A stretch of DNA of 63,183 nt, counting the filler, from Thermodesulfobacteriota bacterium (lineage in GTDB: Bacteria > DASVDK01), in NCBI GenBank assembly GCA_036381125.1. It is 7 parts of 7 records of this genome, joined end to end, with 100 filler letters (N's around TTAATTAATTAA, not from the genome) between each part and the next. Parts side by side here need not be neighbours in the genome. Positions count along the whole stretch, not along the records: positions 12,832 to 33,146 come from DASVDK010000258.1; positions 33,247 to 43,549 come from DASVDK010000260.1; 5 more parts are not named here. One strand, given 5' to 3'. Under the pieces are notes generated by a model. The model did not search any database and was not told where the DNA came from. It was given only the letters and a program-made list of their open reading frames with translations. Below, one piece after another: positions 29,866 through 39,455 of the stretch. Made by a program: the position numbers and the translations under genes. The stretch's first letter is position 1, and every line of letters starts with the position of its first letter.

Positions 29866-31446
29866 GTGCTCGACCTGCTGATCACGGGTGGGATGATCGT
29901 GGACGGCACCGGCAACCCCGGCTACTACGGGGCGGTCGGCGTCGACGGGGAGCGGGTGGTCCTCTTTCGCGGCGACCTCGCGGGGGTGCGGGCCGCGCGC
30001 ACCATCGACGCCGCCGGCAAGATCGTCTGCCCGGGCTTCATCGACATGCACGCCCATTCGGGCCTCGTCCTCCTGGCCGACCCGTACCACGAGCCCAAGG
30101 TGCGCCAGGGCGTGACGACGGAGCTGATCGGCGTCGACGGCAACTCCTACGCGCCCTTCCACTCGCACGACGATCTCGAGCACTTCGTCGAGATGAACTC
30201 GGGCCTCGACGGCGCGCCGGCGCTGCCGGGCCGGTGGAAGACGGTCGAGCAGTACCTCGACCTCTTCACGAACCGGTCGGCGGTGAACGTGGTCTACCTC
30301 GTGGGCAACTCTCCCCTTCGAATCTGCGCGGTCGGGTGGGACGATCGGCGCGCGACCGACAGGGAGATCGAGAACCAGCGCGCCCTCCTGCGCACGGCGA
30401 TGGAGGAGGGGGCGGTCGGGATGTCGACGGGCCTCGACTACCCGCCCGGGAGCTACGCCGACACGGCGGAGCTGATCGAGCTGTCGAAGGTGGCCGCCCG
30501 CCTCGGCGGCATCTACCACACGCACGTCCGCTACAGCCTCGGCGACCGCTTCCTCGACCCGTTCCGCGAGGCGCTCGACATCGGCCGCGGCAGCGGCGCC
30601 CCGGTCCACATCACCCACTTCTACCAGCGCACCACGAGCCCGGGCGGCGCGGGCCGGATGCTCGACCTGGTCGAGTCGGCCCGCGACGTCGACGGGCTCG
30701 ACGTCACCTTCGACAGCTATCCGTACACCCTCTCGAGCACCCGGCTCACGATCATGCTGCCGCAGTGGACCCACGACGGCGGCGTCGCGCGGCTGAAGGA
30801 GGTCCTCGCCGATCCGCGGGCGCGCGAGCGGCTCAGGCGGGAGGTGACGCCGCGCGCCGGATCGTGGCAGGACATGTGGGTCACCTACTTCAAGCATGCC
30901 CGCAACCACAGGTACGAGGGGCGGTCCATCGCCGAGGTGGCCGAGATGATGGGGAAGCACCCGGTCGACGCGATGTGCGACCTCCTCCTCGACGAGGACC
31001 TGCAGACCTCCTACGTCTCGGCCGGCGGCAACGGCGCCACGCTTCCGAAGTTCGTGGCGCACCCGCTCTCCATGGTCGGCAGCGACGCGGTCCTGCTCGG
31101 CGACTACCCGAGCCCCCGCACCTACGGCACGTTCCCCCTGATCCTCGCCGAGTACGTCCGCGAGGACCGGTTCCTGTCGCTCCCGGACGCCATCCGGAAG
31201 ATGACCTCGTTCCCGGCGCAGCGGCTCGGGCTTCCCGATCGGGGGATCCTCCGCGACGGGTTCAAGGCCGACGTCGTCGTCTTCGACGCGAAGACCGTCA
31301 AGGCGCCCGCCTCACGGTCCCGTCCGAAGCAATTCCCCATCGGGATCGAGTACGTGATCGTCAACGGCCAGGTGGTCGTCGACCGGGGCCGGCACACCGG
31401 GGTCCTGGCGGGCCGCGCCCTCAGGCGAGGTCGAGCCTCGACGTGA
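29866..31446 (+). CDS. N-acyl-D-amino-acid deacylase (D-aminoacylase) family
   Basis: PGFIDMHAH, STGLDYPPG, HVR, HITH, GSD, PRTYGTFP. Confidence 0.92.
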   Translation: MLDLLITGGMIVDGTGNPGYYGAVGVDGERVVLFRGDLAGVRAARTIDAAGKIVCPGFIDMHAHSGLVLLADPYHEPKVRQGVTTELIGVDGNSYAPFHSHDDLEHFVEMNSGLDGAPALPGRWKTVEQYLDLFTNRSAVNVVYLVGNSPLRICAVGWDDRRATDREIENQRALLRTAMEEGAVGMSTGLDYPPGSYADTAELIELSKVAARLGGIYHTHVRYSLGDRFLDPFREALDIGRGSGAPVHITHFYQRTTSPGGAGRMLDLVESARDVDGLDVTFDSYPYTLSSTRLTIMLPQWTHDGGVARLKEVLADPRARERLRREVTPRAGSWQDMWVTYFKHARNHRYEGRSIAEVAEMMGKHPVDAMCDLLLDEDLQTSYVSAGGNGATLPKFVAHPLSMVGSDAVLLGDYPSPRTYGTFPLILAEYVREDRFLSLPDAIRKMTSFPAQRLGLPDRGILRDGFKADVVVFDAKTVKAPASRSRPKQFPIGIEYVIVNGQVVVDRGRHTGVLAGRALRRGRAST

Positions 31447-31498
31447 TCCCGACGGCCATCGGCGCGAGCGCTCCCGGGCCCGATCCGGCGCGTGCCCG

Positions 31499-31527
31499 TT
31501 GACGCGCCGGTTCCGAACACATACAGT
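31499..31527 (+). promoter_or_regulatory. Possible sigma70 promoter for the ABC transporter genes
   Basis: TTGACG-N17-TACAGT; ACCGAT recurs three times downstream. Confidence 0.45.
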
Positions 31528-31650
31528 CGTAGACACAGCAAGCGGTAGCAGACCGATACCCCGATCCGTTCACCGACTGTTCGGCGGCCTCCCAGTGGAT
31601 TCCGAGACCGATCTCGGCGACGTGTTGTACCGATAACGAGGAGGTGAGAG

Positions 31651-32835
31651 ATGATCGGAAGGGTCTTGACATCGGCGGCCCTCGCGGCGGTGCTCGTTGC
31701 CGGAAGCGTCACGGGCGCCGTTGCGCAGGAAGAGCTGAAGATCGGCGCGATCGGCAGCCTGTCGGGCGGCGGCACCGCCTGGGGGCTCGCGGTCCAGCGC
31801 GGGATCCTGCTCGCCATCGACGAGGTGAACGCGTCGGGCGGCCTGAAGGTCGGCGACAAGACCTACAGGCCGAAGCTGGTGATGTACGACGACCAGTACT
31901 CGGCCACGGGCGGCCGCACCGCGGCGGAGCGGCTCGTCAACCTCGAGAAGGTGAAGTTCATCATCGGGCCGGTCGGATCCCCGTCCGTCCTGGCGGTCGT
32001 GCCGGTCACCACGGCGTCGAAGACGCTGCTCCTGTCGAACGGCTACGCGCCGGCCATCCTCAAGAACGACGCGGGATCGCCCTTCAACTTCCGCGTCATG
32101 AACTCGAACACCGAGTTCGGCCCCGTCATGATCAAGTGGCTCAGGGACAACTACCCGCAGCTCAAGAAGGTGGCCCTGATCGCGCCGAACGACGCCGTCG
32201 GCCAGGCGGTCATCCCGACCCTCGTCGAGGCCTACAAGGCCAACGGCTTCGAGGTCTGGACCGAGATGTACGAGCGCGGCACCAAGGAGTTCACGCCGCT
32301 CCTCACCCGCATGATCGCGCAGGACGTCGACGTCTTCGACCTCAACAGCAACGCGCCGGGCGAGGCGGGGCTCCTGCTGAAGCAGGCGCGCCAGGCCGGC
32401 TACACGAAGCTGATCTGGCAGGTCGGCGGTCCGTCCGTCGACGAGATCATCGCGATCGGCGGCCCGCTGGCCGAGGGCTTCATGTCCTACGACGTCTTCG
32501 ACTTCTCGTCGCCGCAGGGCAAGAAGTTCGTCGAGGCGTATCGCGCCAGGTGGGACGGGATCATCAACGCCCAGACCCCCGGCTGGTACAACGCCGCGAA
32601 GATCCTCTTCAGGGCGATCCAGGTCGCCGGCACCGTGACGGACGTCGAGAAGGTGCGCAACGCCCTCTACGCGCTCGAGGAGCAGAAGTTCGACCCCGGG
32701 ATGTACGGCCCGGTCCGCTGGGGCGGCAAGGCCGACTACGGCGTCGCCCACCAGCTCCTCCTGAACTTCTGGATCGTCGAGGTCAAGGACGGCAAGGCCG
32801 TCAGCCGGGCCGTCATCACGCCCGAGAAGCGCTGA
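31651..32835 (+). CDS. ABC transporter substrate-binding protein (LivJ/HAAT family)
   Basis: Signal peptide, LKIGAIGSLSG, AIDEVNASGG. GAGGAGG RBS. Confidence 0.92.
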   Translation: MIGRVLTSAALAAVLVAGSVTGAVAQEELKIGAIGSLSGGGTAWGLAVQRGILLAIDEVNASGGLKVGDKTYRPKLVMYDDQYSATGGRTAAERLVNLEKVKFIIGPVGSPSVLAVVPVTTASKTLLLSNGYAPAILKNDAGSPFNFRVMNSNTEFGPVMIKWLRDNYPQLKKVALIAPNDAVGQAVIPTLVEAYKANGFEVWTEMYERGTKEFTPLLTRMIAQDVDVFDLNSNAPGEAGLLLKQARQAGYTKLIWQVGGPSVDEIIAIGGPLAEGFMSYDVFDFSSPQGKKFVEAYRARWDGIINAQTPGWYNAAKILFRAIQVAGTVTDVEKVRNALYALEEQKFDPGMYGPVRWGGKADYGVAHQLLLNFWIVEVKDGKAVSRAVITPEKR

Positions 32836-32844
32836 GGAGAGCGA

Positions 32845-32881
32845 GGCGCGGCACCGGCCCGGCTCGCGCCGGTGCCGCGCC
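32845..32881 (+). terminator. Strong intergenic hairpin after the SBP gene (mRNA stabiliser or partial terminator)
   Basis: Perfect 14-bp stem GGCGCGGCACCGGC/GCCGGTGCCGCGCC with a 9-nt loop; no U-tract. Confidence 0.5.
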
Positions 32882-32944
32882 AGCGACGAGCGCCGGCCGA
32901 TCGGCGGGCGCCGGCGCGGCGTGCCAGGTGAGGAGACAGGTGCG

Positions 32945-33146
32945 ATGCTCTCCGCGGCCATCGTCGGTCAGATCCTGATCAACGGGGCGAGCCTGAGCGC
33001 GATCTACGTCCTGATCGCCCTCGGCTTCACCCTCCTGTTCGGCATCATGCGGGTCGTGAACTTCGCGCACGGCGCCTTCGCCATGCTCGGCGGATACGCC
33101 CTGTACTACGTCTACGGCCGGTACGAGGTGCCCTACGCGCTGGCCG
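32945..33146 (+). CDS. livH: HAAT ABC transporter permease (LivH-like), partial
   Basis: ING..YVLIALGFTLLFGIMRVVNFAHG. Confidence 0.88.
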
Positions 33147-33246
33147 NNNNNNNNNNNNNNNNNNNNNNNNNNNNNNNNNNNNNNNNNNNNTTAATTAATT
33201 AANNNNNNNNNNNNNNNNNNNNNNNNNNNNNNNNNNNNNNNNNNNN
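33147..33246. other. Artificial contig spacer
   Basis: Same spacer. Confidence 0.98.
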
Positions 33247-34481
33247 ACCCGGTGCTCCTCGGCGTGGTCGACGAGACGCTGGTCCTCGAGGGCAAGGCCT
33301 TCTACGACGCGCCGCAGCCGGTCGCGGACGTGACGACGCGCCTGCTCGACCGGCAGATCGGCCGCGTGCTCATCCGCCGCGGCGTCACCCTCAACGAGCT
33401 GGCCGCCCTGCTCGACGTCCTCATCGAGGACCCCCGGTCGCTCGAGAGCGCCGGGGGGGCCGAGCGCGTCCTCGCCGGCAGGCAGGTCGAGCACATCGAG
33501 ACCACCACCGCGGCCGACGAGACCGAGGACCTCGAGCGCCAGGCGCAGGAGGTCTACTCGGGCGCGCTCGCGATCGTCGCCAACATCTTCCACGAGGTGC
33601 GGCTCGGCCGGATCCCCAGGTCGGCCGAGGCCCGCAAGGTCGTCGTGCAGATGAGCGACCTGATCCTCAGGGACAGGGACGTCCTGCTGGGCCTCACGCT
33701 CCTCAAGAACTATGACGACTACACCTACAACCACTCGGTGAACGTCTCGATCCTCTCGCTCGCGCTCGCCGAGCGGCTCGGCCTCGACGGCGACCTCCTC
33801 ATCCAGGCCGGCATCGCCGGGCTCCTCCACGACATCGGCAAGACGTCGCTCTGCCTGGAGCTGATCCGCAAGCCGGGCAAGCTGACGCCCGAGGAGTTCG
33901 AGGAGATCAAGCGGCACCCCACCGCGGGGGCGAAGATCCTCAAGCGGATGCAGGGGGTGCATCCCGAGGCGGTCCTCGGCGTCCTCCAGCACCACCTCCG
34001 CTACAACCGGAAGGGGTACCCGAAGCTGCCCGACCACGTGCGGGTGTCGCCGCTCGCGTACGTCGTCGCCATCGCCGACACCTACGACGCCCTGACGACG
34101 GTGCGCTCCTACCAGCCGCAGCACCAGCCCCGGGACGCCCTCGACGTCATGCAGGAGCTGTCGGGGACCGACCTGCACCCCGAGTACCTCGATCTCTTCG
34201 TCGAGATGCTCGGCGTCTTCCCGGTCGGCACGCTCGTGCGGCTCGACACGAACGAGATCGGCCTCGTCTCGCGCGTGAACCCGCGCGTCCCGACCGCGCC
34301 CCGGGTGAAGCTCGTCTTCGCCGCCGACGGCAGCCGGATCGATCCGCCCGAGGAGGTCGACCTCGAGATCGCCGACCCGAAGACGGGCCGGCCGCAGCGT
34401 CAGATCGTCGCGTCGGTCGACCCCGCCCTCAAGGGGATCGACGTCGCGGCGATCCTCGGGCCGCTCGTGGTCAAGCCGTGA
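33247..34481 (+). CDS. HD-GYP domain phosphodiesterase (5' cut by contig end)
   Basis: YTYNHSVNV, LLHDIGK, HHLRYNRKGYP, ADTYDALT, PVGTLVRL tail. Confidence 0.9.
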
Positions 34482-35227
34482 AGATCCTGCTGGTCGACGA
34501 CGTCCCGATCTACCTGGAGATGCTCCGGGAGCCGCTCGCCGGCGGCGGCTTCTCGCCGATCGTCGCCACCTCGGCCGCCGAGGCGCGGGCGGCGCTGGCG
34601 CGCCACCGCCCGCGGCTCGCGGTCGTCGACCTGCACATGCCGGACGAGCCGGGCGACCGGCTCTGCCGCGAGCTGAAGGCGGCCACGCCGCCGCCGGCGG
34701 TGGTGCTCATGGGGATCCGCGGGCGGGAGGAGGACCGGCGCCGGTCCGAGGCGGCCGGGTGCGACGACTTCCTCGTCAAGCCGATCCGCCCGGCCGCGAT
34801 CCTCGCCGCGGCCAAGCGCTTCCTGCGGGTGCCCGAGCGCCGGCCCCGCGTCCCGCTGCGCGTTCCGGTGCTCTTCGAGAGCGGCGGCCGGATGCGCCTC
34901 GCGCGGGTGACGAACCTCTCGAGCGGCGGCCTCTTCCTGGCCACCGGCGAGCCGCTCCCCCGCGGGACGGCCGTCACGCTCGAGCTGCGGCTGCCGCTCG
35001 ATCGGAGCGACACGCCCCTCAGGCTCTCCGCGCGCGTCTCGTGGACCACCGACGAGGTCGCGGCGCCGCCGGACATCGAGGGGCCGCGCGAGCCGGGGAT
35101 GGGGCTCGCCTTCGAGCGGCTCGGCGAGGCCTCCCAGGCGGCCGTCGACCGCTTCGTCGCCCGCATGCTGGCCGCCGGCAGCCTCGGCGCGACCCGCGTC
35201 GTCGCCACGGCCCGCGTCGCCCCCTGA
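34478..35227 (+). CDS. Response regulator with C-terminal PilZ domain
   Basis: REC (LVDD, DLHMP, KP), ERRPR and NLSSGGLFL. GTGA overlap with the HD-GYP gene. Confidence 0.88.
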   Translation: MKILLVDDVPIYLEMLREPLAGGGFSPIVATSAAEARAALARHRPRLAVVDLHMPDEPGDRLCRELKAATPPPAVVLMGIRGREEDRRRSEAAGCDDFLVKPIRPAAILAAAKRFLRVPERRPRVPLRVPVLFESGGRMRLARVTNLSSGGLFLATGEPLPRGTAVTLELRLPLDRSDTPLRLSARVSWTTDEVAAPPDIEGPREPGMGLAFERLGEASQAAVDRFVARMLAAGSLGATRVVATARVAP

Positions 35228-35233
35228 CGCCCC

Positions 35234-35464
35234 GTGGCCGAGATCGACCTCGTCCGCTCGATCGCCCAGGTCGTCTTCCTCGCCTGCCTCGCCGTCGGCG
35301 GCTACCACCTCCCGATCCTCCTCACCGAGCGCCGCTTCCGGCGCGGCGCCGTGCGGCTCGGCGAGTCGTTCCCGGTGGCCCTCCGCCGCGCCCGCCGATG
35401 GCGCTGGCTCACGGTGCCGCTCGCGCTCCTCGCCGGGATCGTCGTCATCGGCCTGACGGCCTAG
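35234..35464 (+). CDS. Small hypothetical membrane protein
   Basis: Two hydrophobic segments; fits between flanking genes. Confidence 0.5.
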   Translation: MAEIDLVRSIAQVVFLACLAVGGYHLPILLTERRFRRGAVRLGESFPVALRRARRWRWLTVPLALLAGIVVIGLTA

Positions 35465-36192
35465 CGCTTCTCGCCCCAGTGCAGCGCGGCCGAGCCGAAG
35501 GCGAGGTCGCGGTAGCCGCAGTCCGCGTAGCCGAGGTCGGCCATGAGGCGCACGAGCCGCGCCTGGGAGGGGAAGGTCTCCCGCGAGGCGGGCAGGTAGG
35601 TGTAGGCCTCGCGGTCGCGGCCGACGAGCGCGCCGATCCAGGGGACGACGCGCACGAAGAAGAGGTCGGCGAACGCCCGGTAGAGCCGGCTCGGCGGCAC
35701 CCCGGTGTCGGTCACCGCCAGGCGCGCGCCGCGGCGCAGCACGCGCCGGATCTCGCCGAGGGCCCGCGGGATGTCGGCGACGTTGCGCAGGCCGAAGGCG
35801 ATGGTGGCCCCGTCGAAGGTCGCGTCGGCGAAGGGGAGCGCCAGCGCGTCGCCCCGGACCCAGGTGATCGGCGCGCGGCGCAGGCGGTCGCCGGCGTGGC
35901 GACGCCGTGCGACGCCGAGCATCCCCGCCGAGTAGTCGAGGGCGACGACCCGCCCGGTCGGGCCCACCGTGTCCGCGAGGCGGAAGGCGAGGTCGCCCGT
36001 GCCGGTGCAGAGGTCGAGGTACCGCCCGCCGGCCGCCGGCCGCACGGCGCGCACCGTGGCCCGCTTCCACCCGCGATGGAGGCCGAAGCTGATGAGGTCG
36101 TTCAGGAGGTCGTAGCGGCGCGCGATCCGGTCGAACTGCCGCTGGACGTACGCCGCCTTCGCCTCGGGCGGAGGGAGCCGGTAGGGGCTCAT
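35461..36192 (-). CDS. ubiE: UbiE/MenG quinone C-methyltransferase
   Basis: FDRIARRYDLLND..GLHRGWK, LDLCTGTGD, AFGLRNV, AYTYLPAS. Confidence 0.92.
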   Translation of the reverse strand: MSPYRLPPPEAKAAYVQRQFDRIARRYDLLNDLISFGLHRGWKRATVRAVRPAAGGRYLDLCTGTGDLAFRLADTVGPTGRVVALDYSAGMLGVARRRHAGDRLRRAPITWVRGDALALPFADATFDGATIAFGLRNVADIPRALGEIRRVLRRGARLAVTDTGVPPSRLYRAFADLFFVRVVPWIGALVGRDREAYTYLPASRETFPSQARLVRLMADLGYADCGYRDLAFGSAALHWGEKR

Positions 36193-37010
36193 GCCCCCGC
36201 CAGGTCTTCGCGCAGCCGCGCGGCCATCCGCGCCGCGACGGCGAGCGCCCCCTCCCCGTGGTCCCCCCTGCGCGTCTCGAGCACGTACGGCCCGCCGAAG
36301 CCGACGGCCCGGAAGGCCCGGAGCGCCGCGCCCCAGTCGATGCGCCCCTCGTAGGGGTGCAGGTGCGCGTCCAGGTCCCCGAGGTTGTCGTGCACGTGGG
36401 TCGTCCGGATCGCCGAGCCGGCGGTGAGGATCTGGCCGACGAGGTCGCCGGTCATGTTGGCGTGACCGGTGTCGAGGCAGATGCCGATGCCGACGAACTC
36501 GCCGAGCAGCTCCTGGAGGCTCTCCACGCGGTTGGCGTCCCCCGGGATGTTCTCGAGGACGAGGTTCGTGTTGTGGCGCTGGGCGATCTCGAGCAGCTCG
36601 CCGACGCTCCGCCGAAGCTGCGCGAGCTGGCGCGCGCTGCGCTCCTGGTGCGGGGCGCCGGGGTGGACGACGACGTACCGCACCGGCAGGATGTCGGCGA
36701 TCATGAGGCTGCGGTCGACCAGCTCGACCGACTCGCGGCGCACGCCCTCGTCGGGCGAGGCGATCGAGAGCCAGGTGCCGGCCCGCGCCTCCTCGAGCGT
36801 CCGGTAGAACGGCGCGTGCAGCGAGTGCAGCGTCCGGCCGCGCGTCCGGAACCACTTCGCCACGCGCGCGATCTCGTCGCGGTCGTCGTACTTGAAGTGC
36901 TGGGGCACGGCGAAGAGCTCGATCTCCTCGAAGCCGGCCGAGTCGATCGCGTCGAGCGTCGCGTCGGTCAGCCGGTCGAGCGCGAAGAGGTGCGTCGAGA
37001 ACCCGATCAT
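36189..37010 (-). CDS. Sugar phosphate isomerase/epimerase (xylose isomerase-like TIM barrel)
   Basis: SLHAPF, VVHPG, LEN, CLDTGHAN, HVHDN, LE. Confidence 0.85.
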   Translation of the reverse strand: MIGFSTHLFALDRLTDATLDAIDSAGFEEIELFAVPQHFKYDDRDEIARVAKWFRTRGRTLHSLHAPFYRTLEEARAGTWLSIASPDEGVRRESVELVDRSLMIADILPVRYVVVHPGAPHQERSARQLAQLRRSVGELLEIAQRHNTNLVLENIPGDANRVESLQELLGEFVGIGICLDTGHANMTGDLVGQILTAGSAIRTTHVHDNLGDLDAHLHPYEGRIDWGAALRAFRAVGFGGPYVLETRRGDHGEGALAVAARMAARLREDLAGA

Positions 37011-38026
37011 GTGCTGGAGGCCTCATGCAGGAGGGCGACGGCGCGAGCCGCCGCCGGGAAGCCCTCGGCCCGGAGCGCCGCGGCATGCGCGCGCGCGAGC
37101 GCCGGGGCGATGTAGGGACGGTAGACGTCGATGCCTCGCACCGTCGTCTGGTAGCCGTACGTGCCGACCGCCTTGAGGAGCCGCTGCAGCGCCATGCGCG
37201 GCAGCTCGTCGGCGATCGCCCGGCGGGCCGCCTCGGCGTCGTCGGCGCCGGCCACGAACGCCTCGAGGCACGCGTCCACCTCCGCCGGGTCGAGGTCGAC
37301 GTACGGATCGTACACCAGACTGGCCAGGTCGTACGTGACCGGCCCCATCCGCGCGTCCTGGTGGTCGATGATGGCGAGCGTGCGCCCGACGACCATGAGG
37401 TTGCGCGCGTGGTAGTCGCGGTGCGTCAGGACCCGCGGCCGCTTCGCGAGCCATCGGACGAGCCGGTCGAGGTCCGCCCGGAGGTCCGCCTCGAGCCGGT
37501 CCGGCAGCACGCCGCGCGCCAGGCCGTTCACGTAGTGCTCGAGGAAGAACCCCATCTCGAAGCCGAGCTTCTCGACGTCGAACGCGAGCCGGCCCGCCTG
37601 GTGGCCCCCGCGCACGGCGAGCGGGCTGGCCCGCTGGATGGCGAGGAGGAGCCCGATCGCCTCGCGGTACCAGGCGCGCCGCTCGGCCGGCGCGGCCGTG
37701 GTCAGCGCGTCCTGCAGCCGCACGTCGCCGAGGTCCTCGAGACGCAGGATCCCCCGCCCGGCGTCGACGGCGAGGACGTCGGGCACCGGCAGGCCCGCCG
37801 CGCGGAAGAGCCGGGTGGCGTCGATCGTCGGGAGCCGCTCGGGGTCGAAGGGGGTCGCGTGGACGGCGAGCACGACGCTGCCCGACGGCCCGCGGACCCG
37901 GAAGTAGCGGCGGTCGGAGGCGTCGCCGGTGAGGGCCTCCACCGTCGCCGAGGCGCCGGCGTACTCGAGGGCATGCGCCCGCGCCCGCGTCTCGGCGCGC
38001 TCGACGAACGGGCCGGGCGCGCTCAC
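37007..38026 (-). CDS. amgK: APH-family phosphotransferase, AmgK-like anomeric MurNAc/GlcNAc kinase
   Basis: GDASDRRYFR, LEDLGD, HRDYHARNLM, IDHQDA.GP..YDLASL, QRLLKAVG. Adjacent to a nucleotidyltransferase. Confidence 0.8.
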   Translation of the reverse strand: MSAPGPFVERAETRARAHALEYAGASATVEALTGDASDRRYFRVRGPSGSVVLAVHATPFDPERLPTIDATRLFRAAGLPVPDVLAVDAGRGILRLEDLGDVRLQDALTTAAPAERRAWYREAIGLLLAIQRASPLAVRGGHQAGRLAFDVEKLGFEMGFFLEHYVNGLARGVLPDRLEADLRADLDRLVRWLAKRPRVLTHRDYHARNLMVVGRTLAIIDHQDARMGPVTYDLASLVYDPYVDLDPAEVDACLEAFVAGADDAEAARRAIADELPRMALQRLLKAVGTYGYQTTVRGIDVYRPYIAPALARAHAAALRAEGFPAAARAVALLHEASST

Positions 38027-39042
38027 GGGCGCCGTCCCGGCGCGGCGGCGCGGTCCGCCTCGCCCGCGTCGTCGAAGGGGACGACGAGCAGGTCGCCGAC
38101 CCGTCGACCGCGCGGCGCCCGCCCGTTGCCGGCGAGCGGGTCCGGCGTCGCCTCGGCCACGCCGGCGCGCACGGCGACGCCGCCGGCGATCCGGACGCCG
38201 GCCGGCACGACGGCTCCCTCGCCGACGACCGCGTCCTCCACCACGGCGCCGGCCTCCACGCGGGCCCGGTCCCAGAGGACGGCCCGGTCGACCCGGGCCC
38301 CCTCCTCGACGACCGCGGTCCCCGCGACGAAGCCGGCGGGACGGACCGCAAGGTGGGCGTCGAGGTAGCGGCGCGGCGTCGACGGGTCCCCCCAGGCGCC
38401 GCGGGCGACCAGGCCGAGGAGCGTGCGCCCGTCGGCGAGCGCGCGCGGGTAGACGTCGCGCACGGTGTCGGACGCCCGCCCCCGCGGGACGTAGTCGAGG
38501 ACGGCCGGGTCGAGGAGCTGGATGCCGGTGAAGGCGAGCGGGACCGGCCCGGCCGACGACCGGTCCGGCATGGCGCCGAAGCCGGCGAGCCGGCCCCCCT
38601 CGCCGACGAGCACCTCGCGGAACGGCTCGCGCCGATGGTTCTCGACCAGCACGAGGGTCGCCAGCGCGCGCGCCCGCCGGTGCGCCTCGACGACCGGCGC
38701 GAGGTCGAGGTCGCAGACGACCTTGCCGTTCATCAGCACGAATGGGCCGGCGCCGAGGAAGTCGCGCAGCGGGTCCATGGCGCCGGCGGTGCCGAGGATC
38801 TCCGGCTCCTCCGAGACGCGGACCCGCGGCAGGCCGGCCGGCAGATCGCGCAGCGCCGCGCGGACGCTCTCCGGCCGGTAGTGGACGTTCACGGCGGCCT
38901 CCGAGACCCCGAGGCGCGCGAGCGCGGCGAGCGCGTGGACGACGAGCGGCCGGCCGAGGAACGGGACGGCAGGCTTGGTGCGGTCGGCGGTGAGCGGCCA
39001 GAGGCGGGTGCCGTACCCGGCGGCGAGGACCAGGGCGCGCAT
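38023..39042 (-). CDS. NDP-sugar nucleotidyltransferase (MurU-like position; carries a hexapeptide-like tail)
   Basis: LAAGYGTRLWPLT..KP, EPEILGTAG, hexapeptide-like C-terminus. Confidence 0.85.
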   Translation of the reverse strand: MRALVLAAGYGTRLWPLTADRTKPAVPFLGRPLVVHALAALARLGVSEAAVNVHYRPESVRAALRDLPAGLPRVRVSEEPEILGTAGAMDPLRDFLGAGPFVLMNGKVVCDLDLAPVVEAHRRARALATLVLVENHRREPFREVLVGEGGRLAGFGAMPDRSSAGPVPLAFTGIQLLDPAVLDYVPRGRASDTVRDVYPRALADGRTLLGLVARGAWGDPSTPRRYLDAHLAVRPAGFVAGTAVVEEGARVDRAVLWDRARVEAGAVVEDAVVGEGAVVPAGVRIAGGVAVRAGVAEATPDPLAGNGRAPRGRRVGDLLVVPFDDAGEADRAAAPGRRP

Positions 39043-39086
39043 GAGCGGGGGGAATCTAGCCGAGCCGGAAGAACGGCGTCAAGGCT

Positions 39087-39443
39087 TCAGCGCGGCAGCG
39101 GCTGCCTCCGGGGCCCCGAGGGCGCGGGCGGCGGCGTGACCGTGCCGCCTCCGCCGCCTCCCCCTCCGCGCGGCAGCGGCTGGCGCCGCGGGGGCGAGAT
39201 CGTGGTCGGCGGGGTCACGATGATGGGTCCCCGGAAGAAGGGATCCCACCAGTACGGTCCGTAGTAGTAGCCGTGGTAGACGACCGGAGGGCCGTAGTAG
39301 ACGGGCGGCGGAGGCGTCCCGTAGTACGGCTCGGGCAGCGCTCCCCCTTCGGGCACCTCCTCGTAGTAGGGCGTCGTCTCGCACCCCGCCAGGCCGAGGA
39401 CGGCCGCCGCGACCGCCGCGCAGGCCGCTGCGCGCATGGACAT
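39087..39443 (-). CDS. Pro/Tyr-rich lipoprotein
   Basis: Lipobox LAGC; PPPVYYGPPVVYHGYYYGPYWW. Confidence 0.7.
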   Translation of the reverse strand: MSMRAAACAAVAAAVLGLAGCETTPYYEEVPEGGALPEPYYGTPPPPVYYGPPVVYHGYYYGPYWWDPFFRGPIIVTPPTTISPPRRQPLPRGGGGGGGGTVTPPPAPSGPRRQPLPR

Positions 39444-39455
39444 GCCCCCCTCCTC

